A stretch of DNA of 64,000 nucleotides from Candidatus Omnitrophota bacterium (GTDB lineage: Bacteria > Omnitrophota > Gorgyraeia > Gygaellales > Profunditerraquicolaceae): NCBI GenBank assembly GCA_041662125.1, contig JBAZTA010000007.1:25490-89489 (forward strand), written 5' to 3'. The position numbers and the translations under genes were made by a program. Below the pieces are notes generated by a model. The model saw only the letters and a program-made list of their open reading frames with translations, did no database searches and had not been told where the DNA came from. Each line of letters opens with the position of its first letter. Position 1 is the first letter of the stretch. Of the stretch, positions 29,663 through 39,237 are shown in pieces.

Positions 29663-31321
29663 ATGAATTGGAAAAAGATTAAATTTTATTTCAAGCTTTA
29701 TTGGCTGCGGGGAGTTGTCGCGATATTCATCACTATCATATTCATCATTTTGTGCATGATTATTGTCAGCGGGTTACGTGAATGGCGTACTGCCGACCCC
29801 TATCTTCGCCAGTCACAGCTGGCAACCGCTCCGCTTCAGATGTTTATCTGGGGAGTCATGGGTATTGTCCAGGGCGCGGTCTATGTTTTCATGATGTACT
29901 GGATGTTTTATAAAAAAGGCGGGCAGTCATTTACCCATGTTTCCAAGAAATCGACTTCGGGCGCAAGCATCGGGATCCATTGGGATGATGTTATCGGGAT
30001 GGATGAAGCGAAACAGGAAGCTTTGGAAGTGGTTAAGCTTATCCTTGATCGCGCTCAATTGCAGCGTATCGGTGGGAAAATTTTGCGCGGGATCCTTATG
30101 CTGGGGCCTCCGGGCTGCGGCAAAACCTATCTTGCTAAAGCTATCGCAACTGAGGCAAAAATTCCGTTTATTGCCATGTCAGGTTCAGAATTTGTCGAGA
30201 TGTTTGTTGGCGTAGGAGCCGGGCGTATCAGAAGCCTTTTTCAGAGAGCGCGGCAATTAGCTTCGCTTGAGGGAGGCTGTATTATTTTTATCGATGAGGT
30301 AGATGCTGTTGGCGCTCAGCGGTCAAGTGACACCGGTTTTGGCGGCCAAACAGAAACTAATACGACCTTGAACCAGCTGTTGGTTGAAATGGACGGATTG
30401 AAAGAAAAAGATACCAATGTGGTTGTTATCGGCGCCACGAACATGTCGGAGCGTTTTCTTGATTCCGCGCTGTTGCGTCCAGGCAGGTTTGACCGTAAGA
30501 TTTATGTTGATAAGCCAAACCTCGACGACCGCCAAAAGCTATTTAGTTATTACCTCAAGAGCGTGCAATATGATGTTAATAGCGTCAAGATTGACCGCCT
30601 GGCGCGGATTACCGTTGGGCAAACCCCTGCTGATATATCGAATATTGTCCGTGAAGCCGCTTTGATCTCCGTCAGACATGATAAAGCGTTAATATCTATG
30701 AAGGAGATCGATGAAGCCCGGGAACGTATCGCCTTAGGTATTAAACGGCGGATTAAAGTACGTGTTGAAGAAAAATGGCAGACAGCCTATCACGAGGCCG
30801 GCCACGCAGTGATTACGTATCTTTTAGTCCCCACACAGGATGTCTTTAAGATCACTATAACCCCGCGCGGCCATACAGGCGGGGTTACGTGGACACCGGA
30901 AAATGAAGAAATTTTTATCCGTGATAAAAATAAACTTTTAAGCGAGATTAAAACCTGCGTGGGATCCTATGCCGCTGAAAAGTTGAAATTAGGCACGACT
31001 ACTGCGGGCGTCGATACAGATTTTCGTGAAGCCATGTTTATCGCTCATAATATGGTCTGGCGCTGGGGTATGGGTAAGTCCGGGATCATTGGGAATTTTT
31101 ACGGTATTGACGGAGACTGGTTCATATCGAGTGAAATGAAGCTGCGGCTGGATAATGATGTTCAGGAAATATTACAAAGTTGTTTAAAAGAAGTCGAAGT
31201 ACTCCTGACAAAAGAAGTGCTTCTTTTAGAGCGTTTAGCGAAAGAATTAGTTGCAAAGGAAGAGCTTAATTATGATGAAATCGAGGCTATTTTTAACGAA
31301 TTTGGCAAGAAAAGGCCTTAA
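29663..31321 (+). CDS. ftsH: FtsH-family ATP-dependent zinc metalloprotease (AAA+ plus M41 peptidase), short-loop variant
   Basis: Walker A GPPGCGKT, the SRH region, and the HEAGH zinc motif (AYHEAGHAV). The loop between the two N-terminal TM helices is only ~20 aa. Confidence 0.85.
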   Translation: MNWKKIKFYFKLYWLRGVVAIFITIIFIILCMIIVSGLREWRTADPYLRQSQLATAPLQMFIWGVMGIVQGAVYVFMMYWMFYKKGGQSFTHVSKKSTSGASIGIHWDDVIGMDEAKQEALEVVKLILDRAQLQRIGGKILRGILMLGPPGCGKTYLAKAIATEAKIPFIAMSGSEFVEMFVGVGAGRIRSLFQRARQLASLEGGCIIFIDEVDAVGAQRSSDTGFGGQTETNTTLNQLLVEMDGLKEKDTNVVVIGATNMSERFLDSALLRPGRFDRKIYVDKPNLDDRQKLFSYYLKSVQYDVNSVKIDRLARITVGQTPADISNIVREAALISVRHDKALISMKEIDEARERIALGIKRRIKVRVEEKWQTAYHEAGHAVITYLLVPTQDVFKITITPRGHTGGVTWTPENEEIFIRDKNKLLSEIKTCVGSYAAEKLKLGTTTAGVDTDFREAMFIAHNMVWRWGMGKSGIIGNFYGIDGDWFISSEMKLRLDNDVQEILQSCLKEVEVLLTKEVLLLERLAKELVAKEELNYDEIEAIFNEFGKKRP

Positions 31322-32156
31322 CCTCTTCATCATATCGATTTTTCTCTGCGGCTGTTCTTCCCCCGTTGTCACCCCTGTTTACGATGATATCGTTTCTGCG
31401 ATAACCACACTTGCCCTTAATGAATATAAGATCGAAATAAAGCTAACGCAGGTCGGCTCGACGTTATGGATTTATATGCCGGTAGAAAATATCTTTGAAA
31501 AAGCAGAAAAGCCGGATAAATACACGGAAAAATTTGAGATCTTAAATAATCATAATGAATTCATGGGTAGTACCTTAAAGCTTGAGTATCAGATTAAACT
31601 TAAGAAAGAAGAAGAGAAAACCCAGGAATATAAATATAAAAAAGATATTTTAGAGAAAATGAACAATCTTTGGATGGTATTACGCCGGGTCCTCTTTAGC
31701 ATGGATCGCAGCCGGCAGGAAGAGCCGCAGTTTTTTTGTATTGTTACCGCGGATATAAAAAATGGGATTGAGATGCGCGAGACTTTTTATTATTTGGATT
31801 TAAAGAAAGTATCATATGGTTTTATTTCCTGGGGAGAATACCAGCACCGGGTCATCCAGAATACGGGGATAGCCCCCGAAGCAGTAGGAGATAAAAAGGG
31901 GAAATATGTGCGGTATCAGAAGATCACGTTAGATGAATTTATCGCCGGCCAGATCGAACATCGTATCAGGCTTAAATTCCAGAAACCAGAAGTCGACAAA
32001 AATGTCGATATCGATAAAGAAATAATGGATATAGCAGTCGCGACGGTTAAGATCTATAATTTCCGCGATTTTTCGACAGTAGAGTTTAATAATCAAGTAA
32101 CCAATAAGCGTGTTATTCTTAATAAAACGGCAGTCTGGTCGCGGGGTAGTAACTAA
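31272..32156 (+). CDS. hypothetical lipoprotein
   Basis: The ATG at 31272 gives MMKSRLFLTNLARKGLNLFIISIFLCGCSS (lipobox). The start overlaps the 3' end of ftsH. No family recognised. Confidence 0.45.
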   Translation: MMKSRLFLTNLARKGLNLFIISIFLCGCSSPVVTPVYDDIVSAITTLALNEYKIEIKLTQVGSTLWIYMPVENIFEKAEKPDKYTEKFEILNNHNEFMGSTLKLEYQIKLKKEEEKTQEYKYKKDILEKMNNLWMVLRRVLFSMDRSRQEEPQFFCIVTADIKNGIEMRETFYYLDLKKVSYGFISWGEYQHRVIQNTGIAPEAVGDKKGKYVRYQKITLDEFIAGQIEHRIRLKFQKPEVDKNVDIDKEIMDIAVATVKIYNFRDFSTVEFNNQVTNKRVILNKTAVWSRGSN

Positions 32157-32758
32157 GGGGTCTTAACTTTCCTTCCTGAAAGTTTTAATTTTCCTTTAAG
32201 TAATAATTGAATAGCATGAGGGTAGAGGGAATGCTCAAGGGTATGTATTTTATCCTCTAAGGATTCCAGCGTATCCTTTGAACTGATCGCTACCGGTGTT
32301 TGGAGGATGATCGGCCCGTGGTCTATTTTTTCATCTACAAAATGTATCGTCACGCCAGTGAGTTTGACCCCATAATGAAAAGCTTCTTTAATAGCATGTG
32401 CTCCTTTAAAGGCAGGCAAGAGTGAGGGGTGGATATTGATGATGCGGTTTTTATAACGGCGTACAAAGTCAGGGCTTAAGATACGCATAAAGCCCGCCAG
32501 GACGATCAAATCGACATCCTCTTCTTTTAAGCCCCGGATAATTTCTGCTTCAAAGTCTTTTTTTGTCGCAAAGTCTTTTCGCACTGCTCGTATAATTCTG
32601 ACCCCGGCGCGGTTGGCTTTTTTAATGACGGGCGCTTGCGGATTATCGCATACGAGTAACGCGATGCGGGCCTGGAGTAGTTTCCGAGAAACTGCTGCGA
32701 CAATCGCAGAAAAATTTGTCCCTTTTCCCGAAGCAAAGATCGCGATATTTTTTATCAT
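32153..32758 (-). CDS. purN: phosphoribosylglycinamide formyltransferase
   Basis: MIKNIAIFASGKGTNF..., the formyl-transferase motif HPSLLP, and ...VDEKIDHGPII. The start at 32758 overlaps the rnfB stop. The ORF-track start at 32845 is an over-extension. Confidence 0.85.
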   Translation of the reverse strand: MIKNIAIFASGKGTNFSAIVAAVSRKLLQARIALLVCDNPQAPVIKKANRAGVRIIRAVRKDFATKKDFEAEIIRGLKEEDVDLIVLAGFMRILSPDFVRRYKNRIINIHPSLLPAFKGAHAIKEAFHYGVKLTGVTIHFVDEKIDHGPIILQTPVAISSKDTLESLEDKIHTLEHSLYPHAIQLLLKGKLKLSGRKVKTP

Positions 32759-33573
32759 TTTGTGCTTGTCTTTTTTAGCGGTAATTGCCGCATCTTGATA
32801 GTTTTGGCAGGACAAGTTTTTACGCACGCCCCGCAGGACGTGCATTTGGTATAGTCGATAACCGCAAGGTTATTCGTGACATGGATAGCATCAAATTTAC
32901 AGGCTTTCTCGCAGATCTTACAGGCTATACAGCCGACAGGGCAGACGGCCTTTGTGTCTTTGCCCGTATCGTGCGAGCTGCAGGCTACCGCAACAATGCT
33001 TGCAACGGGGGTAAGAATGAACAATTTCTTAGGGCAGATAGTAACGCATTTTCCGCAAGCCGTACATTTTTTCTCATTTACCAGAGGTAAGCTTTCTTCA
33101 TTCATGGTAATGGCCCCGAAGGGGCAGACTTTGACACAACTTGCATAGCCGATACAGCCGTACGCGCAGGCCTTGGGGCCTCCTAAGACCGCGTTTGCGG
33201 CAATGCAATCCTTGATCCCTGAATAGAGCAGTTTATTTGTAACGCGTTTACTGCCGCCGTGACAAAGTAAAACCGCTATTTTCTTGATTTTGGTTTTTGC
33301 TTCTGCCCCGAGAATGCTGGCGATTTCTTTACGCGATCCTTCTTCAGAGACCGCGCATTTATCGACGGTACAAGTGCCCTGGATCAAGCCTTCGGCAAAC
33401 CCCATGCATCCGGGCATCCCGCATGCCCCGCAGTTGGCTCCCGGAAGCTGGGCATAAATTTTTTCCAGACGTGGGTCGCTTACCACGCAGAATTTCTTGG
33501 AAGCTACCGCCAGTCCAACACCAAAAATGATGCCTAAACCCGTTAAACTTAAAATGGGAACGAGGAGGTTCAT
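32755..33573 (-). CDS. rnfB: Rnf electron-transport complex subunit B (polyferredoxin)
   Basis: N-terminal TM anchor, the CGACGMPGC motif and several CxxCxxCxxxCP ferredoxin motifs. Confidence 0.85.
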   Translation of the reverse strand: MNLLVPILSLTGLGIIFGVGLAVASKKFCVVSDPRLEKIYAQLPGANCGACGMPGCMGFAEGLIQGTCTVDKCAVSEEGSRKEIASILGAEAKTKIKKIAVLLCHGGSKRVTNKLLYSGIKDCIAANAVLGGPKACAYGCIGYASCVKVCPFGAITMNEESLPLVNEKKCTACGKCVTICPKKLFILTPVASIVAVACSSHDTGKDTKAVCPVGCIACKICEKACKFDAIHVTNNLAVIDYTKCTSCGACVKTCPAKTIKMRQLPLKKTSTK

Positions 33574-33575
33574 TG

Positions 33576-34187
33576 TTATAAACGAAAACCGTTAAAGCCC
33601 ATGAATGCCAGGCTCATGAGAGAGGCAATAATGAAAGCCAACGGGACATCTTTTATGCTTTTGGGAACGTTGGTCAATTCTAAACGTTCCCGTATTCCTG
33701 ACATTAAAAGCATTGCTAATAAGTAGCCAATGCCGGCAAAGAAGCCTTGAGCTGTGCTCATGAGAAAGCCGCCGGCAATGGTATGGTTGTTCGGGAAAAA
33801 TGTTTCTGAGTTTAAAACAGCGACTCCTAATACCGCGCAGTTTACCGTGATCAAGGGCAGATAGATCCCAAAGACGCGGTAAAGTCCGGGTGAGGTTTTA
33901 CGTACTACCATTTCCACAAATTGGACAAAGCTGGCAATAACCAAAATAAAAGAAATCGTGCGCAGATACGTCATATTAAACGGGATTAAGAGAAACCGGT
34001 ATATTAACCAGGTAATGATGCTCGACATTGTAGTAACAAAGGTAACTGCCAGGCCCATGGAGACCGCGGGTTTTGTTTCTTTTGATACGCCGATAAAGGA
34101 GCATAGCCCTAAGAATTTAGAAAGAATAAAGTTGTTGATAAAGACCATGGAGATCATAATCGCCATGAATTTACTTACATCCATCAC
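33576..34187 (-). CDS. rnfA: Rnf complex subunit A
   Basis: A ~200-aa polytopic RnfA/RnfE-family membrane protein. Its position before rnfB supports the A assignment. Confidence 0.8.
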   Translation of the reverse strand: MMDVSKFMAIMISMVFINNFILSKFLGLCSFIGVSKETKPAVSMGLAVTFVTTMSSIITWLIYRFLLIPFNMTYLRTISFILVIASFVQFVEMVVRKTSPGLYRVFGIYLPLITVNCAVLGVAVLNSETFFPNNHTIAGGFLMSTAQGFFAGIGYLLAMLLMSGIRERLELTNVPKSIKDVPLAFIIASLMSLAFMGFNGFRL

Positions 34188-34806
34188 AACCCGCCTTTGT
34201 TATTTCTTTGTTTGTCTTCTGTTTGATATGGAAATAATTTACTATTCCAATTAACAGTCCCATTGTTAATAATGCCCCCGGCGCTAAGATCATCATAGTC
34301 ACGGGCGCAAATCCTTTGATGAGGGTTGCCCCCAGAAGTGTGCCTGCTCCGAGAAATTCCCTGATCGAGGCGATAATGACCAGGGCTATGGTAAACCCGA
34401 CTCCCATTCCCAGCGCGTCAAAAACCGAACTGACCACCGAATTCTTGCAGGCAAAAGCTTCAGCCCTGCCTAAAACGATGCAATTGACGACGATCAGAGG
34501 CACAAAGATGCCTAATGATGCGTTGAGCGCAGGGAAATACGCTTTCATTACCAGTTCGTTGATCGTGACAAAAGTAGCGATGATCACAATAAAGCAGGGA
34601 ATGCGGATCTCATTCGGGATTAATTTACGCACCGCAGCAATAATAATATTAGAACCTAATAAAACAAAAGTAGCGGCTAGCCCCATCCCGATCGCATTTG
34701 CGACTGAAGTTGAAACTGCCAATGTCGGGCATAATCCCAGGACTAAACCGAACGTGGGATTTTCAATGGTGATCCCTTTGGTAAATTCTTTGATTAATTG
34801 CTTCAT
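34171..34806 (-). CDS. rnfE: Rnf complex subunit E
   Basis: RnfA/E family member (ENPTFGLVLGLCPTLAV...). Its position after rnfD supports the E assignment. Confidence 0.8.
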   Translation of the reverse strand: MKQLIKEFTKGITIENPTFGLVLGLCPTLAVSTSVANAIGMGLAATFVLLGSNIIIAAVRKLIPNEIRIPCFIVIIATFVTINELVMKAYFPALNASLGIFVPLIVVNCIVLGRAEAFACKNSVVSSVFDALGMGVGFTIALVIIASIREFLGAGTLLGATLIKGFAPVTMMILAPGALLTMGLLIGIVNYFHIKQKTNKEITKAGCDGCK

Positions 34807-34812
34807 ATTTTC

Positions 34813-35814
34813 TTACGCTGTTTTCAATTTGGTCCCGTATTTACGCGGCCGCAGATAACGGTCAATAAGTGGTGCAAAGGCATTCATGATCAGGATAGAA
34901 TATGATACTCCTTCAGGATAACCGCCAAACCTGCGAATAATAAACGCTATTATCCCGCAGGATATCCCGAATACTAATTGTCCTTTTTTCGTTATCGGAG
35001 TTGTTACATAATCAGTAGCCATAAAGAAAGCGCCTAAAACCACTCCTCCTGATAGAATGCTGAATAAAAAATCTCCTTTAAAGAGCCCTGAAGTTCCGAA
35101 TATCCAGCTTAATCCTCCTAAGGTGAGGATGAATCCCGCAGGCGTTTGCCACCAGATGTAACTTTTCCATAATAAATACGCCGCTCCAAGTAAAAGGGCA
35201 ATAATGCAGACTTCACCGATACAACCGCCGCGTTTTCCAATAAACATATCCCAGTAGGATATTCCCAGTTGTGTTATATCATGGAATTTTCCTTCTTTCA
35301 AAAGCATAAGCGGTGTAGCTTGAGTAATTGCGTCAGGGTTCAAGGGGCTGACAAATTCAGTCATTTGTTTTGGCCATGATGCCAGTAAGAATGCGCGCGC
35401 AGCCAATGCGGGATTAAAAATATTAGCTCCTAATCCGCCAAATACTTGTTTGGCGATTGCGATGGCAAAGATGCCTCCTACCAGCGGTACCCAGAAAGGG
35501 ACGCGTGAAGAAAGATTATATGCCAGGAGGATCCCGGTGAGAGCTGCAGAGCCATCAAGCGTGCTGATTTTCTTGTGGTTAAGTTTCTGGATCACTGCTT
35601 CTGTAATAACGCAACTGAGTATAGAAATAATGATGACTTTGAGCGCGGGCAAGCCAAAGAAGTATATTCCGGCAATGCCCGCAGGTACCAGTGCCAGGAA
35701 TACCGACCACATGGTTTTAGAAACTGTTTCCTGGCTGTGGATATGCGGTGAAGTAAAGACGTGTAGTTGGTTGATGGCTTCTGTTGTGTTTTCTTGAGCA
35801 GGTTTATCGGGCAC
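34813..35814 (-). CDS. rnfD: Rnf complex subunit D (NqrB-like)
   Basis: NqrB/RnfD family member, with the FMN-attachment region FFMATDYVTTP and GGCIGEV. Confidence 0.85.
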   Translation of the reverse strand: MPDKPAQENTTEAINQLHVFTSPHIHSQETVSKTMWSVFLALVPAGIAGIYFFGLPALKVIIISILSCVITEAVIQKLNHKKISTLDGSAALTGILLAYNLSSRVPFWVPLVGGIFAIAIAKQVFGGLGANIFNPALAARAFLLASWPKQMTEFVSPLNPDAITQATPLMLLKEGKFHDITQLGISYWDMFIGKRGGCIGEVCIIALLLGAAYLLWKSYIWWQTPAGFILTLGGLSWIFGTSGLFKGDFLFSILSGGVVLGAFFMATDYVTTPITKKGQLVFGISCGIIAFIIRRFGGYPEGVSYSILIMNAFAPLIDRYLRPRKYGTKLKTA

Positions 35815-36340
35815 TCTTTATTTCTCCTGATAATTGTCCGTTTAGTTCGGATAGTTTGTTTTTTATGGAGTTCATGACGCCTCCGGAAGATATCGTTGCT
35901 CCGGTTATAGCCTGGATTTGGTCGAAAGTAACCAGAGTCTTTCCTTTAAATTGCCCTTTAAATGCCGGTTCTGTAATTCGCGCCCCTAATCCGGGGGTTT
36001 CATTTTGAGATAGTATTTTAATGTTGGTTATTTCCAGGGTAAGATTCAATCCTGTCAAAGCTTCGATGGTTGAAGAATAGCCTTTGGTTTGCGTTTTGAT
36101 CACAAAACCGATGAGTTTGTTTGAGGAATCATAAGCGTTATAATAATCAGTTATTTCCCCTTGTGTGTGCGGTTTGAAGGTAGCGGCAGCAGGCAGCACT
36201 TCTTGTAACCCGGTCTTTTCCTCCAGCACTTTTTGTGCCTCAATCTTGGGAGTAGTAACGCCGTTTACGACCGCTAATACTCCACTGGCTAAAAAACAGA
36301 TAAATCCCAAAATAAACCCGAATTTTATCATTTCTTTCAT
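35804..36340 (-). CDS. rnfG: Rnf complex subunit G (FMN-binding, NqrC-like)
   Basis: N-terminal TM segment plus the FMN_bind motif (ETPGLG...AITGATISSGG). Confidence 0.8.
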   Translation of the reverse strand: MKEMIKFGFILGFICFLASGVLAVVNGVTTPKIEAQKVLEEKTGLQEVLPAAATFKPHTQGEITDYYNAYDSSNKLIGFVIKTQTKGYSSTIEALTGLNLTLEITNIKILSQNETPGLGARITEPAFKGQFKGKTLVTFDQIQAITGATISSGGVMNSIKNKLSELNGQLSGEIKSAR

Positions 36341-37617
36341 TTGGGTATCCTTATTTTAGAAGTTTTAATCGTTTGCACGATATTTCTTTTTTGCGGGCAG
36401 ACATAATTACAGAGCCCGCATTCCATGCAGTCAAGGCAGCCGTAGCTTTTTGCCAAGTCCCATTTTTCTTTCTCCCCAGCCATGCTCATTAAGCAGGGCA
36501 TTAATCCTAACGGGCAATATTCTACGCAGCGGCCGCAGCGGATACAGGTATTCTCTTGTGATTCCTTGACTTGCGCTTCTGATAAAAGAAGGATGCCGTT
36601 GGTATTCTTAATGACCGGGACATCCTGGCTATATTGGGCAATTCCCATCATGGGCCCGCCGAAAATAATTTGTTTAGGTGTTTTTGTAAGCGGTCCGCAT
36701 TGCGCGATCAAGTCTTTGATCGGTGTGCCTAATCGGGCCAGGAGATTCCCGGGGTTCTTCAGGCAGTCGCCGCTTATGGTTATGACTCGTTCATATAACG
36801 TTTTCCTTAAATATAGCGCTTCATAGATGGCGTAGGAAGTCGCGACATTTTGCACTACAACTCCGATATCAAAAGGGAATTTCCCTTCCGGCACTTGTCG
36901 TTTCAAGACGCTTTGAATGAGTTGTTTTTCTCCTCCTTGCGGATATTGAGATTTTAAAATATACAGCTTATAGCCTGAATTGCCAAGGAGCTCTTTAAAT
37001 ATTTTTATGGCCTGGGGTTTATTGGTTTCAATAGCAATATAAACATGCTTGGCTCCAAGGCATTTTTCAATTAATTGAATACCTAAAATAATTTCTTTTG
37101 TTTTTTCTACCATTAACCGGTCGTCGCTGGTTAAGTATGGCTCGCATTCCGCGCCGTTAATGATCAGGCTGTCGATAGGCTTGGGGGGTGTCAATTTGAT
37201 ATGGGTGGGAAAACTCGCTCCGCCTAACCCGACGATCCCCGCAGCGAACACCTCCGCCCTGATCTGTCCCGGGGTTAAGGTATCAATTTCATTGCGCGGC
37301 CTGGGCGTTTGAGTTGCGATTGTTTTGTCTGCCAGGTCGCTTTCAATAACGATAGCAGGGCAACGGCCTAAAAGCGGATGCGGCCAGTCTTTGATCGCTG
37401 CGACCTTCCCTGATAGAGATGCGTGTATGGGCGCGTATACGCCGGCATTTGCTGCGGCGATCCGTTGGCCTTTTAACACCATGTCTCCCACTGCTACTTC
37501 CGCAGAGCAGATCTTTCCCAAGTGCTGGCTGAGCGGCAAGTAGACGCGCGCGGGCAGGGAGGATGCTTGTATCGTTTTATGTTCGGTTTGAGATTTATGT
37601 TCAGCTAATTTAATCAT
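36337..37617 (-). CDS. rnfC: Rnf complex subunit C (NADH/FMN-binding, 2x[4Fe-4S])
   Basis: RnfC-like N-terminal domain, with CIRCGRCVEYCP and CLDCMECGLCNYVCPQ ferredoxin motifs near the C-terminus. Confidence 0.85.
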   Translation of the reverse strand: MIKLAEHKSQTEHKTIQASSLPARVYLPLSQHLGKICSAEVAVGDMVLKGQRIAAANAGVYAPIHASLSGKVAAIKDWPHPLLGRCPAIVIESDLADKTIATQTPRPRNEIDTLTPGQIRAEVFAAGIVGLGGASFPTHIKLTPPKPIDSLIINGAECEPYLTSDDRLMVEKTKEIILGIQLIEKCLGAKHVYIAIETNKPQAIKIFKELLGNSGYKLYILKSQYPQGGEKQLIQSVLKRQVPEGKFPFDIGVVVQNVATSYAIYEALYLRKTLYERVITISGDCLKNPGNLLARLGTPIKDLIAQCGPLTKTPKQIIFGGPMMGIAQYSQDVPVIKNTNGILLLSEAQVKESQENTCIRCGRCVEYCPLGLMPCLMSMAGEKEKWDLAKSYGCLDCMECGLCNYVCPQKRNIVQTIKTSKIRIPK

Positions 37618-37668
37618 GCTATTCTTTCGTAATGCTTACGATTGAGTATTATATCATATAATCCCTTT

Positions 37669-38931
37669 TTAGGAAATACCATTGAGCCAGGGGATTTTCC
37701 GGTCAAGAATGAGATTGATTATTCCAATGATACTAATGACGCTGCCTACAAAGATAAGAATAAATAAGGGGGGGATCTTTTCCGCAAGGATACTGCTTAA
37801 AAACATGAACAATAAGAATCCCAGGTGCATGATGATCTCGAGAGAACTGAAGATCTTTCCCAGCATATGGTTTTGGCTTACTTTATGAATAATGGTGTTT
37901 GTGGCGATCATGATCGGAGCAATGGTAAGCCCTAAAGCCAATGCAAGCGTTGCGGCGACAGAGAAGAAGGGGTAGCGGTTGATCCCTATGGCAAAGAGCA
38001 CGACCATAATCCCGCTTAAGATCAAAGCGGAGAATATTGTTTTATAATGAGATATTTTCTGGCCGAAACGGCCGTAGGCCAGGGAGCCAAGGAATAATCC
38101 GATACCCAGGAACATGATCAAAAGGCCCAGATCTTTTGTCGCTGAATGCAGTGTTTTCTGGACAAATACGATGATGACGACATATACCGCTCCCAGGGCT
38201 GCCCATAAAACAAACATGATCCCCGCGGTGAATCGGATATCCTTTTCCTTAATAAAATAGAGGATGCCGTCTTTTATTTCATGTAATACCGATTTTCTGA
38301 TAATCAGCAGAGGAGGGGCGTCTGTTTTTCTGGGAACAGGCGTGGCGCTATGTTTTTTCACAATGGCAAAGATTAAGAGCCCTGAGATCAAGAAACTCAG
38401 CGAATCTAAATAAAAACCGCTTTTCGCTCCCAGCCATTCAACAATGATCCCGCTGACCCCGAATCCCAGGATCGCCGCGATCATTCCGGTTGTACTGATC
38501 AGAGAGTTGGCGATTAAAAGGTCTTTTTCTTCTACTACCTCCGGGATGATCGATAATTTCGCCGGCACAAAAAAGCGCCCTACGGAGAAGACGATAAATA
38601 TAATACAGTAGATCCAGGTTAAATTCTTACTATAAAAGAGGCATGTGGGGATAGTTAATACTAATGCCGCCCGTATAAAATCACAAAAATACATAGTTTT
38701 GCGCCTGTCCCAGCGGTCTACATATACTCCGGCAAGCGGGCCGATTAAGAAAACCGGGAGAATAGTAAAAGAGAGGGTTTTGGCTATTTCCAAAGAGGAG
38801 CCGGGAGCCCGTAAATAGACAAAGGCGATTAATGCCATTTGGTCAAGCCTGTCGCCTAATTGTGAGATGATTTGTCCCAGCCACAAAAGAAAGAAATTGC
38901 GATTACCTAATATGTGGGTAAATTTTGACAT
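37669..38931 (-). CDS. MFS transporter (12-TM)
   Basis: Polytopic membrane protein with MFS signatures (GDRLDQM, VDRWDRRKT). Confidence 0.75.
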   Translation of the reverse strand: MSKFTHILGNRNFFLLWLGQIISQLGDRLDQMALIAFVYLRAPGSSLEIAKTLSFTILPVFLIGPLAGVYVDRWDRRKTMYFCDFIRAALVLTIPTCLFYSKNLTWIYCIIFIVFSVGRFFVPAKLSIIPEVVEEKDLLIANSLISTTGMIAAILGFGVSGIIVEWLGAKSGFYLDSLSFLISGLLIFAIVKKHSATPVPRKTDAPPLLIIRKSVLHEIKDGILYFIKEKDIRFTAGIMFVLWAALGAVYVVIIVFVQKTLHSATKDLGLLIMFLGIGLFLGSLAYGRFGQKISHYKTIFSALILSGIMVVLFAIGINRYPFFSVAATLALALGLTIAPIMIATNTIIHKVSQNHMLGKIFSSLEIIMHLGFLLFMFLSSILAEKIPPLFILIFVGSVISIIGIINLILDRKIPWLNGIS

Positions 38932-38956
38932 TATACGTGTGCAAGAGTAGAAAAAA

Positions 38957-39029
38957 AGCTGGCGAGAGGAATTGAACCTCCGACCCGCGCTTTACGAAAG
39001 CGCTGCTCTGCCAACTGAGCTACGCCAGC
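38957..39029 (-). tRNA. tRNA-Thr (anticodon CGU)
   Basis: The reverse complement is GCTGGCGTAGCTCAGTTGGCAGAGCAGCGCTTTCGTAAAGCGCGGGTCGGAGGTTCAATTCCTCTCGCCAGCT. All four stems pair canonically and the anticodon loop is UUCGUAA. CCA is not encoded, and a T-run follows the gene. Confidence 0.8.
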
Positions 39030-39237
39030 GATTTTAATAATTATACCAATTTTTTTACAATAGTCAATTTAATTGCACCTCGGCATATCGCTCCAGCCGG
39101 TTATTGCGCTTCTGAATCAGCCATCTGCAAAAAAATCAATAGCTTACGTATTAAAAACACTTGACTTAAGGCGCTATTGGTAGTATAAATAAATCCAATA
39201 ATAATTTTTTTCTAGAGCCACGGGGAAAGGCATTGAC

